A DNA stretch of 63,798 nt, filler included, from Choristocarpus tenellus KU-1152 (GCA_964200185.2; 14 parts of 14 records of this genome joined end to end with filler, not necessarily neighbours in it); one strand, 5' to 3'. Numbered from the whole stretch's first letter, positions 13,746 to 27,535 are shown. The notes: a model not told the origin generated them from the letters alone. A program made the numbers and translations.

Positions 13746-14787
13746 TACACTGTTTCTTTCTTCTCTCCTTTTCTTCTCCTTGGTGAATTGCTCTATTATT
13801 TGTTTTTGTTGTTTGAGGTGGTTTGTGTAAGGTACTCGTGACCGAGAGGGATGTCCTAGAATTTGTCTTTGGACCTGCTTGGTGTGTTAGACAAGCTACC
13901 ATGCCCTATACTGTCCGTGACAAAAAGTACACCTAAGTTGTTAAAGTTTAAAAGGTGAATTTGGGTAAGAATAGAGATTTTTGGTAGATAAGAAATGGAC
14001 GGTTGGATGGATTGAAATTAATCGAAATGGTTGTGACCTCCAGTTGAAATATACGAAAAAAAACTCTTAACATATCTCCAACTTCCTTTCAACGGGGTCA
14101 TGTGGGCAGGTTTATCTCAAACACAGCATTCCCTCCAAGAACTCAATACCAAACGGCCACTGGATTAAAGTTCGAGGGTATCCCCCTTAAAGAATGTGTT
14201 CAAGGTGCTGTGTTGATAACTTTCTTGTGCTATTGTACCTTGAACTCCATTCAAAATCAAGAGGAAGGCGTGCGCATCCATCCACGGCCAGGCAAAGACC
14301 CCCAGCCACAGCTCCGCCTGGTGCCTTTCTCGTCCTGGTGCATCTGGAGTACCATGTCTGCTACCCATTTTGAGCCTCTCCCCATTTTCCGCACACAGAG
14401 ACAACAGAGCCCCCCCCCTGTCTCCCAGTTTCAAGCAATATGACTGCTTAGTGGTGGATGGTGAATGTTCTCCTTCCCTTTTACCACCAGTACAGACCTC
14501 ATGGGTTTGCCCAGGCAAACCACTCCCACTGTGCCTTTCCTCCTGGGGCTCGTGGAGAACAGTGGCTACTATCTGGCAAACATTTCTCTCCTCTTTCCCC
14601 CATTGGTCAACCCCCACCTGTTAACCACTTGACATCATCACGTCCTACAGTATCATATCCTGCCATAGAAAGTCGGCAGGAGTCCATTGTGGATGTGCAA
14701 TTGAGACACAGGAATACTACTCCGGATAGCTAAAGGAATCGAGGGGTTCCCAGATTTTGGCCGTTTTGCATTTTAAGGCAGTTTTCA

Positions 14788-15047
14788 GAGTGAAAGTATC
14801 TCAGAGGGTATGAGTTTAAACCTGTTTGTCCCTTTGGTGCTTGACTTCCCAAAGGGTTTTTTTATGACGTTTTCCTACTCCAAAATGTTTGGGAGAAGGT
14901 AAAATGTATGTATGTTATGAAAAGTCGTGTCCAGAACAAGAATATCGACACTTCCTTACAACACAATAGCCAAAATTACATCAAAATCGCAATATTGGAC
15001 TTTGCTCCCTAACGGATACTGCTCCGCCCTCTAAGATACTTTGGCTC
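14788..15047 (+). mobile_element. MITE family A nested in family C
   Basis: GAGTGAAAGTATCTCAGAGGGTA...CCCTCTAAGATACTTTGGCTC with 4-bp TSD ttca/ttca. Confidence 0.92.
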
Positions 15048-15137
15048 TTCAGTCATTCACAATTCATCTATATTTCTACTGATGAAGTGTTAAGTTTGAC
15101 TTGAGAGGGTTGATATCTCTATTTTTTTAACGTTTCA

Positions 15138-15439
15138 TGTGAAACAGGTGGAAACAATCCGACAGGTTCTTCGAAATGAAGGGGAGCAGGAAGACCCACA
15201 GGAGGGCAGATCAAAGAGAGACAAAGTCAAAGAGGGAGAGCAATCCCTCAGAAGTTTGCTCAGGAAAGAGTAAACAACTGGAAAAGAAGGAGAGGGGGTT
15301 GGTAAGGTTACTCAAACCACCCTATCTTACTTCAAGCAGATGTTAACTTCAACATGCAAAAACAAATGTCACATGAATATCATGATGTTCAAGATAGGTC
15401 ACCTTCAGGGTATACCTTCTGTGGAAGTTGGCTTTCACA
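15138..15439 (+). mobile_element. Solo LTR (302 bp) nested in family C
   Basis: Ends TGTGAAA...TTTCACA with TSD ttca/ttca. Homologous over its length to the reverse complement of 20723-21069. Confidence 0.85.
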
Positions 15440-16943
15440 TTCACCACAATTCAGAAAATATATTATATGCATTTGGAAAATAAAAACAAATTGCACATAT
15501 TTGTCAGCATACTTATAATGCAACTCTGGGTACCTCTCGTTTACTTTGACTTGGAAAAAAATGGAGGATTATCGCTCCACAGCATAGTTGCAACATGATC
15601 ATCTGAGTGCGCATACTTCTCAAGAAGGGTGCAATTCTGTTGACAGACGATAAAGAAATATTTTGCAACGTAAGGTGCTGAGACCAAGTACAGTAGAGGA
15701 TGTTGTTGTGAGGGACATGCCCAGCCGGGGTAGATCAGAGATAAGTCTTCATCTCGATTTTGAACGGAATTCAAGGTCTAGGCACATACCTACATATAAA
15801 GTTGTGAAGACAACACCTTGAACAACTCCTTGATGCGGGGTATCCTTGAACTTTGGACTGGAGGCACTGCAACGAGCCTAATGCACACAAGGGTAATACA
15901 GACTACTGGGACTATTCCCTCGCTCCTTGTTCACTTTCGTAATGCTAGGCTGAAGCCTGTAGTTGGTTCGTAGGAACTGTTTCCCAGAGTGTCTTGTGTA
16001 GCGTTCAATTTATTTTGACAAATACATCTTTTGATTGATTGAACGTGACCACTCCTTTTTAATTTTTTGTTGTCTTGTTTTTTTTTCCATCCCTTAACAC
16101 ATCCCCAAAATTACAGTTACAGTAGGTACCCCTATTTAATACCAAATATTATGAACCAAATAAAAAAATATTAAATTTTGTACCGCTTTTTTCGATATAC
16201 TAAAAAAAATAGGCTTTTGTACCGGAATTCTCGTACTCGGGCGACTTGGTACAGAATCCCAGAGATATTCACGCGAGAGTGGCGCGCGCGTAAAAATTCC
16301 TCGCGAAAAGTGCCTTTCTTCCTAGGTCATGCAACCATACAGCAGTACAGTACGTTGCTGGTAGGGAAATAAAGTGGAAGCCATGCCTTGTGNNNNNNNN
16401 NNNNNNNNNNNNNNNNNNNNNNNNNNNNNNNNNNNNTTAATTAATTAANNNNNNNNNNNNNNNNNNNNNNNNNNNNNNNNNNNNNNNNNNNNCCAAAAGG
16501 TCCCCCCCCCCCCCCCCCTCCCCCCAGATATTTTGGGTCATCACAATCTTGTAGCCTCATATGTACGCTTTGTACATTGCACCAAACCAGAAGCATTCTA
16601 TCCCAATACCTATCCTAGATGTGTTTCATTTCCTGTGGTATTGCAGAGTTTTGTTTCCAAACTTGCTTTATCCAATGATAGCGGACTACCTCTCCATACT
16701 TATATATTTGCAATGAGAGCACTCTAGTCAACTCATATCTGCACCTTCAAATCCCCCAAAATGAATATATATATATATAATTTGCTCTACCCTCAGAGGG
16801 AAGTAGCAAGAGTGGCAGTAGGTAGGCCACCTCTACTACTACATTTCGTCATCAACAAACTATTATCAATAATACCGTGGTATGTAAACACATAATGAGA
16901 AATTTCTGTGACAAATCCTTCCCTTTTTGCATCTGTCCCATAG

Positions 16944-19900
16944 GAGAACTAATATAATTGATGGAGCAATTCAGGATAGAGTACACTTGGTTGACGTGGG
17001 TGCACAAGTCTCCCCTGGTCCCCTTTCAACCGAAAAGGTGTCAGTAGGAACAAGTCCTGAACACCAACAGGAGGAGGAGGGGTTGAGAGAGACTCGCCAC
17101 AAGAATAGGTAGGCGTGTGTCGCTTGAATCACAAGAGGGCACATGGGGAGGCATGATGAAAAGCACAATTTGCTGATTGAGCAAAGATTCTAGTTCGTTT
17201 TTACATACTCTGTGGTATGATGAAAATACTTTGGCACAGTTCCTATCATCCAAGGAATACCTCCAAGAGGCCCTGTCCCTAGCACTAGCCCTAGCCCTAG
17301 CCCATGTGTCAGCAGTGTATCCTCAAGCACAAGGACAAGGACGAGGAGTGAAGGAAATGTCCAGAGTCAAAGAAAATGAGGGCACCCAGGTTTTGGCCAT
17401 TTTGCATTTTTAGTCTGGTTTCAATCTGTTTGCAGGTTGTCCATATTTCTGCGGATGAAGTTCGAAGTTTGACTTGAGAATGCTTATTTCTATTCTGTTT
17501 GAAAACATTCTGACACAATTTTTTTTTTAAGTATTCCTATTACGCTCTTGATAGGAAAAAAAGGAGTTGAATTTTGTGCATGTTCGTTTGCATCCTTAAA
17601 ATGCAACTCTGGGTACCTCTCGCTCACTTTGACTCTCATCCCACCTTCTTGCCAAGAAGCCCCACGGTTTCAGGTGGTGGGTGATAAGGTTTTGGTATAC
17701 ATTTTTTTTTGTAGTGTCCTGTTTGCCGCTTCCACCCACCTATCAGAGGCGTTTTTTTCCTCCGTCTCTGTTTAGGTGGAGAAGGGCAATCCGAATGAGA
17801 ACAAAAGGTGTGCAGTGCAGTCCACGGCTCAGTCAAACAAAGACACCAAATGGAGCCAAAAATGTTGATAAGGCATCATTCAGCAGGCCAGCTTCCAACC
17901 CTGGGAAGGTGCTGCGCAGTGGGGGCAGGGGTTGGATGGCAAAGGGGGTGTTGGCGATGGGAAGGAGACAAGAGTATAGTACCAGCATTCGGAATCACAT
18001 CTGTTGCAGCACAGAGCAGACACAAAAACCAAGGACACATAAACCGAGATGCTGCCCTGTCTCTAGACGAAAACCCTGTGCCAACCCAGAGCAGATGATT
18101 GCCAATGGGCAAAGCATCTCTTGAAAGTGTGCGCCCCCCAGATCTTTGTCCTGATCTCCACCTCACCCATTTCACGCTGTCTCCATTTGCACACAAACGC
18201 TTCGATACTTGGTTGTGGTGCTCCCTCAACAGCAGATCAACTACTGGCTTCCCACCTCGGATGTGAGCAAGCACGATCCTGTGGCAAGCAAACAGGAAGG
18301 GTCTCCCCCTCAGAAGCATCCTGTGGAACTGTACTCTCCCATGCCGAGCGATTTTCCAACAGCAGGTCCAAAGATTGCCACATGTCTTTCCTCAACCAGC
18401 GCAGTCTGCGCCAGTGAGGTTGAGGGGAAAAGGAAGAAGGGGGAGTACATGCCCACTAATCGAAGAATGCGTGTTAACATTGGAGACGGCAACATCAAGG
18501 ATGTGGACAAGGGGCAGCTCCCATTAGTGTGGGCTGTCAACGGCAGTCGAGAGATGGGAGGTGATGTCTTGCTTTGTTCATTTCTGAGCATGCGATAGTA
18601 GTCGGGCACTGTGAGGACTTCATTTTCCTAGGGATGGAAACCTCAGGAGGGGAGCAATCGGGTATGAAGTCTAGAAAGATATATATATTGATGAGTAGTA
18701 GTAGTGCGTGGCTCTCAAAGAGTTGTTCTGGGCTTGGAGCTCAGACGGTCCACTGTGGAACGCAAGGCACCTCAACAACGTTCGATTTTCGATCTAGTGG
18801 GTATGGGCATCGATATGACAATATCTGATTTTCATGTATGTCGATCTTTACATCAACTCCCTCTTTCCCGACCTCTTCTTTTCTATGCCAAATACTTGTG
18901 TTGGCTAGAAAATGGTCCGGCGGTGATGTTCCAGCTCCATCCCCAAGAAGAGCCAAATGACCCAACCTCACAGGGAAGTCGACGACACCAACACCATGAC
19001 AGTCACCAAGAGTCTCCGCGTTGTTTCATCAGCATTACAGACATAGACTGCGATGGCCAGAGGTTCTGTGCCAGCAAAGCATCCACACCTGTGAGATTGA
19101 GATTGGGGTGACCGTGTGAAAATCAGGACGGACTTCCGTAATTCTGTCCCTGGGAACCTCCGAAAAACAACCCCACAAAAGACAGAATCGCGTTTGATGG
19201 AAGGCCTTGAACATTTGCTATCTCCTACCAGTCTCCTCCCTACGAGTTTCCCCCCCTCATCCCATTCCTGGAGACAGCTTTGCCGACCCCGCTCCACTTT
19301 GCGTTTTTCCTTGTTTATGGTACCCTTGTCTGTCAGGGCATCCCAGAGAGTCCACATGTTAGAGCCCTGGAGGAGCACAGGAACGGAGTCAATGGCGGGG
19401 GAAGATACACAGGGCCAGTAGGAGGCACAGTAGATACTGAAAGACAAGGGGAAAGACGAAAGGACAAGCAAACCTCAGGGGAAGAAGAGCGGTTGCAGCA
19501 GGGACAACAGCAGATAAACCCCTTAGCAGAAGGGCTTTATTCCTTAGGAGAGAACCTTCGAGAAGTAGAGGATCTAGCTGACCAACTTGAGTTGGAGATG
19601 GCTCATGATCGGAAGGTATCATTTCAAGGAGTCTACCATAGGTGTTGGTCAGTGTCTGCCCGTAAGCAAAGCAAGAATGACTGAAGAGCCCGGTGCCAAT
19701 GAGGCATGTTCCTGTTGTACAGCATTTCTACTTCCTTGTCTCCAATCCCCAAGCCTCTGACACAGACAGATACAAAAGCCAGTGAGATTGTTCTTGGCCC
19801 ATGGAATGTTTTTGGCTTGGTTGACATGCTATCGCTATGATACACGAGTCTCCAATCCACGTCACTAGCTTAACATTACAAAGGATCTTCAAGGTGACTG

Positions 19901-20240
19901 GCTCTGTGGGACTGATCTGGTTCGTTCTGAACCTTGAGCACTACTCGAAATTAGTTGTCCACGCCTGGGGTACTTATATCTGCACAGAGAACACTAAAAT
20001 CATATCGCACCTTGGTATCTCAAGCCCAGCCAACTGCTCGTCTTCTTGGTGCTAATATATGTCTATTCTCTCCTGCAGGAGATTGAGGCTTGTCATGCTG
20101 AGGGCTCCAATGAGGTCGCGGCAGCTGCTAGGGATGTTGCAGAGGCAAGGGCATACAGGAGAGCACTTGCTCAAAAACGAACTTCTGACTCCCAGACTTT
20201 TCAACCAAAGGTATCCCAATCGATGAAAGGAGAACAATAG
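16944..20240 (+). CDS. Hypothetical protein with C-terminal coiled-coil-like region, 3' part, ~6 exons
   Basis: Exons 16944-17108, 17776-~17908, ~18232-18413, ~18909-19090, ~19337-19615 and ~20079-20240 join in frame with GT/AG boundaries. The exon 2 donor is uncertain. C-terminus: LGENLREVEDLADQLELEMAHDRK|EIEACHAEGSNEVAAAARDVAEARAYRRALAQK. Confidence 0.6.
17364..17635 (+). mobile_element. MITE family C (272 bp), intronic
   Basis: GAGTCAAAGAAAATGAGGGCACCCAG...CTGGGTACCTCTCGCTCACTTTGACTC. Flanks cca/tca. Confidence 0.88.
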
Positions 20241-20722
20241 AGCGCCTACTCCATGAATGACAAGGTCCACTCACAGTGTGTGTGCATACGGCAGATAGAC
20301 AGGCTCAAGGTATCTGGGGGGNNNNNNNNNNNNNNNNNNNNNNNNNNNNNNNNNNNNNNNNNNNNTTAATTAATTAANNNNNNNNNNNNNNNNNNNNNNN
20401 NNNNNNNNNNNNNNNNNNNNNCACTTTCCGCGCACCATTTCGGTCAAACCCATCCTCCATGAAATGATCCATCCGCCATTATCATGATCCGCTGTTACTG
20501 GAAGCTCTTCTACCCAACCAATTCCTTCACATACTAAGGCTGTCTTACATATACGTCCATCCTTTAGTTTATGGAAAATTCAATATCTACATCTTGCCAA
20601 AATGCAACACCGATCCTGTAACATCAACATCCCCTCATTACGTACCTATTGATCTCGGACTTTGTGTTCATATCTTCTATTGTGATCTTTCGGAGATGAC
20701 AAACCTACTCTATGTGGGCTAT

Positions 20723-21083
20723 TGTGGGAGCCATATTCCATAGAAGGTATACGCTGAAGGTATCCTATCTTGAACATCATGTATAAGGTATACCCTGAAG
20801 GTGACCTATCTTGAACATCATGATATTCATGTGACATTTGTTTTTGCATGTTGAAGGTAACATCTTCTTGAAGTAAGATTGGGTGGTTTGGAGTGCTCTT
20901 CTAAATCCCCCCTCCTTCACTTTTCCACTTTGTTCACTCTTTTCCTGAGTGATCTTCTGAGGGATTGCTCTCCCTCTTTGACTTTGTCTCTCTTTGATCT
21001 GTCCTCCTGTGGGTCTCCCCGCTCCCCTTCATTTGAAGAACCTATCGGCTTGTTTCCACCTGTTTCACACTATCCCTTTTTTT
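20723..21083 (-). mobile_element. 3' LTR (20723-21069) with polypurine tract (21070-21083) of an LTR retrotransposon
   Basis: The minus strand reads AAAAAAAGGGATAG|TGTGAAACAGG...CTCCCACA. Same LTR as the solo copy at 15138-15439. Decayed internal sequence probably continues to ~22400. Confidence 0.8.
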
Positions 21084-23795
21084 GGATATTTCATGTATAT
21101 ATGGAGGATGTTCCCTTCATAAATTTCGTGTTCCCTACACGAATTTTCGCAAGTTCGAACCTGTTTGACATAGGATTTCCATGAAAAGGTACCTGATATC
21201 GAACATCTGAAGCTCACATGGCGAGCACTGTGGATTATGCACCTACCTAAAACTATTTTCAGTAAGGCCATGACCCCAAAAATAATTGCCTAGACTGATG
21301 CAAAGCCTTACCTTTTTCATTGGAAAACTTCAAAACATGACCATAGTATTACCTAGAAAGTGCATTGACTTGAAGTTGGCTTCCCCTTCCTATTCTTCAA
21401 CAACAAGAGATGACTGGGATCATAGTGAGGACTACAGGCCAATGTGTCATAATGTTTTCTGGTGTGTGAGTGCAAGTACTATTCTTGGTATCAAATCACA
21501 TAACCAAAAGTATACTTCCACATGAAGTACATTACTAGAATATGGTAGTGCTAGATGGGTGGGGGTATAAACTAGTACATACAAAAAAAACTTTTACATT
21601 GTTGGTGCCCTTATCATGGAATGAAACTATCCTAAAATGACAGACATGGAGTGGTACATTGGAAAAGAATGAATACCTAATCTACGCTTCCCACAGTATA
21701 TTTCCTGCAACCTGAGGATTACACCATCTGTTCGGCATGGAATTCTTCTCTTGACCTGATCACATATATGCACCAGATGATCCCTTCGGATTCCTTGGAA
21801 TCATCCTTGATACTTAATTAGCTCAGCCTAGTGTTCTTTCAAAACCATTCACAGAACGATGAACATTCCAAATTGAGGGTAGAGGTGAAATCAGAGGAGG
21901 GTCTACAGTTCGACCAAGGAGAGGAATAGATCTCTGTGAAGAGGTTGGATGCACAAAAGGAGAACCTCGATGGCCTCCAGTCGATAGAGAAGGGTACAAT
22001 GTTGACCCGGATGTAGTTGCCACCTGCTGCTTATCCTCTTCCGGGCCTTGGTGTGTACCTGTAGCTACAGTTACTTCGAAGCGTTGGACATTGTCACCAC
22101 ACTCACGTCTGTTGGCCAATTGTTGAAGTTTTGCGAGATCACATCCAGGAGAGGAGAGATAAAGGAGGACTTTCCGATGGAATGGGTCTCAGAGGGGAAA
22201 GGAGCATCAACTAATCAGGCAAGGGCAACTGCATAAAGCTCACACCTCCTGAGCAGCTCATCCTTTCTTTGTCTGAGCTGTACTCAAAATACCCCAACAT
22301 GTCACAACTCACGACGGCATTGACAGAAAAAGATCGCCTTTCTCGAGATATGGTATGTAACTCAAAATCGCACAGATCATGATCACATGCGTGTCTGAGC
22401 ACTACCTCACCGCCTAGATGGTTTTCCCCCCCATAAAACTTCGTTGCAAATCACCGTCCTGTTCATCCATTACGTATCACACAAGCATATGCATATATTT
22501 TTTAGAAGTGCCTTGCCCTTAGCTTCCACCCTCGTACACATTCTATTGATTTGAGCAAGAAGTGCAACAGATGTGGATGCATGCCTTCCTTTTAGTTCGA
22601 TTGGTTCGAATGCAAATCCTCAACACGGATGGAGTATTTTGTTGACGTGCCTTGAGGGGAACAACGAGGTGAGGGGTTTAGTTTGTGAATCACAATGGCG
22701 ATGTCGGGTTATACATCGAACAAATTATTAATTTGTCTCAAATAAAAAAAAAAGAACGGCATTGGCTGTGTCCACCCGGAACCCGCAACAATTCGCTTCC
22801 GACAGCTCTCTCCTCAAGGTTCGTGCACAAGCAAAAGACTCCGTGACAGATGGGAATTTGAAACAAAAACTATGGTGGCAGAGACGTTTCCAACACAAAA
22901 TACTTACCCTAAGTCGCTTGTGACCTCTCAAGGGAGAGCACAACTGTCCCACACTGAGGCGCATACTGAGGTGTAGATGGACTGTGAAAACTGTTTTACA
23001 AAAGGCGGCAAGAGGTGAAAAAAAGAAGAAGCTATATATAACAACAAAAAAAAATGAATAGTGTCCCTTTCAAAAACGGCTGGGAAAAGTTCTTGAAAAT
23101 ACGGTGGAAAAGTTTACACGTGGTAAAGGTAAAGAAAAATATGTAAAAAATGTAAAAAAAAAATAGTGGAGAGAGGTATGGAGGGGTGCCTCCCAAAACA
23201 CTACATCTCCACTAGAAATAATAAACCTCTTCGTAGTGGCACTTCCTGTATATTGGAAAACAGGGTCAGTATGCAACTACAACTTCACGGGTGGAAGACT
23301 TTGCCAGTGTAGTCAAGATTTGCATCACTTGGTGACAGAAATCATGCCTTAATTATAGTCTCAAAAATTATTTTCGACTAGAAATAAAAGTCTTGAAACA
23401 CAGGTTTCTGCACCTTAACCTCTTTACTTTTTGATGCAGTACACTGCATGTCACACCTCTAGTTACTACTGTGAGATGTGATCCCTTGTAGAACTGCTAA
23501 AAATATTCACAAAACGTACAAAATACTTCCAGTTTGAAGTACTTCCTTGTCCAAGGCAGCAATCCTCCTGAAGCTGTTGGTACAGGATATCACACAATAA
23601 TAACCACAGTGTTACCCACCTGTCATCCAAGAGCAGCTGAGTTCTTCCTCTACCTATTCCATGCCAACGCCAAGTTCTTCCCATCACCCAAATCCCATGA
23701 AGAAGATCCACGACATGAAACTGACAAGTTCAGCCTCCCCTAGAGGGTAAGTGTGAATACCTGGCGGACGCCAGAGTGGGATAGAGTTTATACAG

Positions 23796-24643
23796 TTACT
23801 CCTTACTGTCATCAGGCTGGAATAGCCCGATCATGTGACCATCTGGACTACGGATAGAAGCCACTGCTCCATGTGCAGGGTACTTGATGGGGCCATCGAG
23901 GTGTGCTCCCAGCTTTATGGCGCGTTGGATGGCGTGGTGCATATCCGGAACGTCGAAGCACAGCAACGGTGAATACCTGAGGGCAGGGAGGGTAGGCAAA
24001 GAGAACACGTAATAAACACAACATAGGCTACGTCAACTAATCCTTCCAGTCATTAATGACCTTTAGTCATCAAACGACTAGAAACCTCACGACACGAGTA
24101 GCGTTGACGAGAAACAAGGGACCTCAGTGCAACACTCAGTTTCCCTTGTTGACAACTTCTTTCCCATATCTTAACTCGAGATCTGTGCAGCTTTACAAAA
24201 TTGACGAGGAAACAACTTGATATGCAGAACCGAGGCAATAAAATTGTAGAAGTAGTGGGAAAAATCGCAACAACGGCATATACAGTAATGCTCACCCGAC
24301 CGAGCAAACTGCCTCTGAGACGGCAGACTTGAGAACAAGGGGAGTTCCGCCCGTATCAAACTCCGCTATGGTATCTGTGCTATGCTTCAACACCAGCCCC
24401 AGGCCTTCATCACCATAGAATTGTACACCCTTGCCCACATCCCGTAATAGCAGGACAACACTCCTGCAGGGGGACAGAGGATATGTTAGTTTGTGAAAAC
24501 AGCATCAAGGCAGTGGCACTACCTTTGCACTGGTCACCATTCTATGGCTGGTCCCTAACAACGCACTTTAAGGGACATTGCAGTCAGCATAAAAGATGAT
24601 GGATTCCAAAAACCAAGCTGGAGACGCACCGGGCTTTCATCAT
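23796..24643 (-). CDS. VOC (glyoxalase/bleomycin-resistance/dioxygenase) family protein, complete, ~120 aa
   Basis: Exons 24630-24643, 24296-24463 and 23796-23976, both introns phase 2. Translation MMKARSVVLLLRDVGKGVQFYGDEGLGL...GYSPLLCFDVPDMHHAIQRAIKLGAHLDGPIKYPAHGAVASIRSPDGHMIGLFQP shows the typical VOC pattern (D..k...FY...LGL and R.PDGH.IGL). Confidence 0.9.
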
Positions 24644-25204
24644 CCTGTCAAACAAACTCTCATCTGGTGAACGTACGGATTGAAAAAGATGCGACCTTGT
24701 TGTAGGAACATGGGGTTCACCTTCTCTTTTGATATAGTCAGGGGAATAATAATAATATATATACTTTCAATCAAATCACAAATATGATCATATAGTACTC
24801 CGATTTTTGTTGGGCTGTTATGTGGTTGATTGTTGATTTGGTGTGAGGTAGAATATGTATTATATTATTATGCCCTTGGACATTTTGAGGTATGTATGTA
24901 TCCTGAATTTTGATTCAACAATATCAGGGACAAAAGTGTCGTGTATTATTGGGACCCTCTACCATTTTGCAGATGTGTCAGGGGAAAAGCCACTTCGATA
25001 TCACAAGAACCCCTGTGAAAATAACAGTTGTGATGTGAAAGTTATCTCTAAAATCTATTTACTATGACTACCAGCTATACTACACTTCCCTCCTATACCT
25101 TCAACCCAGCTTAGACCTACACCACAGAGCGAGAAGCTAGGGATGCATCCCAAGAATATGACAGGCCACTACTTGCCCGTCTCCCTGGTATCTCCAGCTT
25201 AAAA

Positions 25205-26120
25205 TTAATGGCATCTTATAATTGCTGGTAGAGTAGTGAGCCCATCTGCATGTAATTCTGCAAACGTATAATCTAGGAGGAGATCTTTGTCCTGGTAGGG
25301 AACTGATCTGGCGTCCGCAAGTATCCCAGCATGGAAGACCACATCTATGCGGAAATTCCGGTCCCCTGCGAATTGGCTACCGTCCTGTATAATACAAGGG
25401 ATGTTCATTCCTTGGCAGAGTTAACCTAGACTCCTCACCATCGGTGTGTGTTGGCCCACCTGTCCCCCTGCCCTAGAGCAGGTACGAGCATGTCTAGTGT
25501 CAACAATATGCCTCCTGCACACAGCCATTATTGGGGACCTGTTGGATAGGGCCTCCTCCCTCTGTACAGATCTGCTGGCAATGGATCTAGACTCTATGGG
25601 AGGGATCTGGCGAGCTGGTTCCAGGGGTTGTGTAGAGGCCCATGCATTTGCCCCTTATCCACACTGGTCCCGGTGGCAGATCAGGGCTAGCAAAGAACTT
25701 TACCTCCCTTGTTCTGCATCGTCTGGTAGGTTGGCCAATTGCGTCCGGAAAGAGTCAAACTGGATCCTGTTCAGGAGGAGGGTGATTTCGTGTTGTGCCC
25801 TCCTTGTGATCTTGGCGTCATGGGCTGGTAGAGTGTGGACCTCTGCTCTGTAGCAGGTGTAGCGACTGTTTCTCCCCCCAGGCTACTCAGCCTTGGCCAA
25901 TAATTCCCGCCAAGTCTTCTGAAGGGGCTCCTGTCAAGAGGAGGTTGTGGATGGATAATCCCAGGGCCCTAACTGTGGGGTTTATACAGATGGCTTGTGA
26001 GAAAGACTTTTTTACGTGAGGCCCTTGTTGCCTTGCTAAAAGGGTGGGGAGAGTGGCCACCAGTGATCCTACAAATGCAGCATGCTGGCGATGTTTCATA
26101 GAGGATAGACCCAATCCCTC
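25205..26120 (-). mobile_element. Degenerate non-LTR retrotransposon C-terminus (CRE/R2-like: zinc knuckle and restriction-like endonuclease)
   Basis: VCRRHIVDTRHARTCSRAGGQVGQH is followed in frame (one stop) by FAGDRNFRIDVV...DKDLLLDYTFA, matching the R-x-D...LLDxT pattern of RLE-type elements. Upstream boundary approximate. Confidence 0.7.
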
Positions 26121-26920
26121 CGAACTTCATCTGTCCCTGCACTTGTTGGTATGTTTTAGGGATCAAATTATCATTATCGACTGGTTTTACCATTAACATT
26201 ACGAAGTACGAACAATAACAGAAAAAATTGCCATCCACAAAATATTATTACATTTTTCTTACTACAATTTACTCCAAAGTGTGAGTCGGTGAATGGACCC
26301 ACACCGCTGCCCCCCTCATCACTCATATATCTAAATATTCTTTATTATTTGGCGCCACTAAATTGTTGTTCAGCTCAATAAGAGATATCATGCAGTTTAC
26401 CTAAATTTATGTGGGATATGCCCCAACTCTGAGCCTTTAGGAAAAAGAAGGGAGTTAGGCAACAATGGGGAGAGGGATAACATTTTTTAGCGAATCCACC
26501 GAAACGAAATCGGTACAATTGGAGGGCCCGATTTCCATGAAAAAGAGGTGATCGAGGATGATTATACCGTGTCATTCATGTACAGTACACGTATACTGGA
26601 GACTGCCACTGAGCTGATCCCACCTCCAATACGAAGAAAGGGTGCTTCTCGTATAGGGTGCACTACCCCTGAGGTTTTGGGGGATGGTTCTGGGAAGCTT
26701 GCTAAACAAGGAGGGACGCCTGGATTCAACCATGGGGTCAAATTATCTGAGGGGGGGGTGTCGGCGTCTATNNNNNNNNNNNNNNNNNNNNNNNNNNNNN
26801 NNNNNNNNNNNNNNNTTAATTAATTAANNNNNNNNNNNNNNNNNNNNNNNNNNNNNNNNNNNNNNNNNNNNTCAAAAAAAAAAACCGCGATACCGGGAAC
26901 GGTGGGGGTGGTGGGGGGGG

Positions 26921-27089
26921 GGGGGGGGGGGGGGGGGGGGTCTACACCAGGGTGTCCATTTGGGCCAAAATCATAAAAAGTGAACTTACATTATCCATCC
27001 GACATATGCAACCAAATCACCCAATAATCGCAACATGAAAAAATCGACCCCAAATGGACAGCCACCACCACCCCCAGATACTTTGAGCC
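26921..27089 (+). mobile_element. MITE family B, left end lost in a G-run near the contig start
   Basis: G-run, then TCTACACCAGGGTGTCCATTTGGGCC...CCCCAAATGGACAGCCACCACCACCCCCAGATACTTTGAGCC. Confidence 0.88.
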
Positions 27090-27189
27090 TCACCTGATCC
27101 ATTCAGGTCAATGTAGAGTTAGAGTCGAGGAGAGAATTTCTGCCATTGGGAGGAGTAGACCAAGGGAATGTAAAAAATAAGTTGCCCAT

Positions 27190-27444
27190 GAGCCAAAGAA
27201 TTTAAGAGGGTAGGGTCATGCCCGTTCAGGGTCATAAATCCATTGTTGCGATTTTGATTCATTTTTTCTATCATGTGTGTTAGAAGTGTCAACATCTTTG
27301 CCCTTGACAAACCTTTCATAGGCGTATACATTTTAGGTAAACTAATCACACAGAAAACCGAAAAAGAGCATAAAAACCCGTGGGAAGCCAAGCCCTGAAT
27401 GGACAAACAGGGCAAAACTCCTACCCCCTCAAATGCTTTGACTC
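27190..27444 (-). mobile_element. Diverged MITE family A copy
   Basis: GAGCCAAAGAATTTAAGAGGGTAG...TACCCCCTCAAATGCTTTGACTC with TSD cat/cat. The central palindrome is absent. Confidence 0.82.
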
Positions 27445-27535
27445 CATCATGGAAGGAGGTGCATGTGGGGAGAATGTGGATTGTGGTGAAGATCATAATT
27501 GTGAAGAAGAGTGTGAAGTGTATTAATGAGCTCAA

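Larger units (their letters stand above)
14727..15552 (+). mobile_element. MITE family C carrying two nested insertions
   Basis: Left end TAGCTAAAGGAATCGAGGGGTTCCCAGATTTTGGCC, right end GGGTACCTCTCGTTTACTTTGACTT, TSD gga/gga. The body matches 17364-17635 and 47168-47437 once the inserts are removed. Confidence 0.85.
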
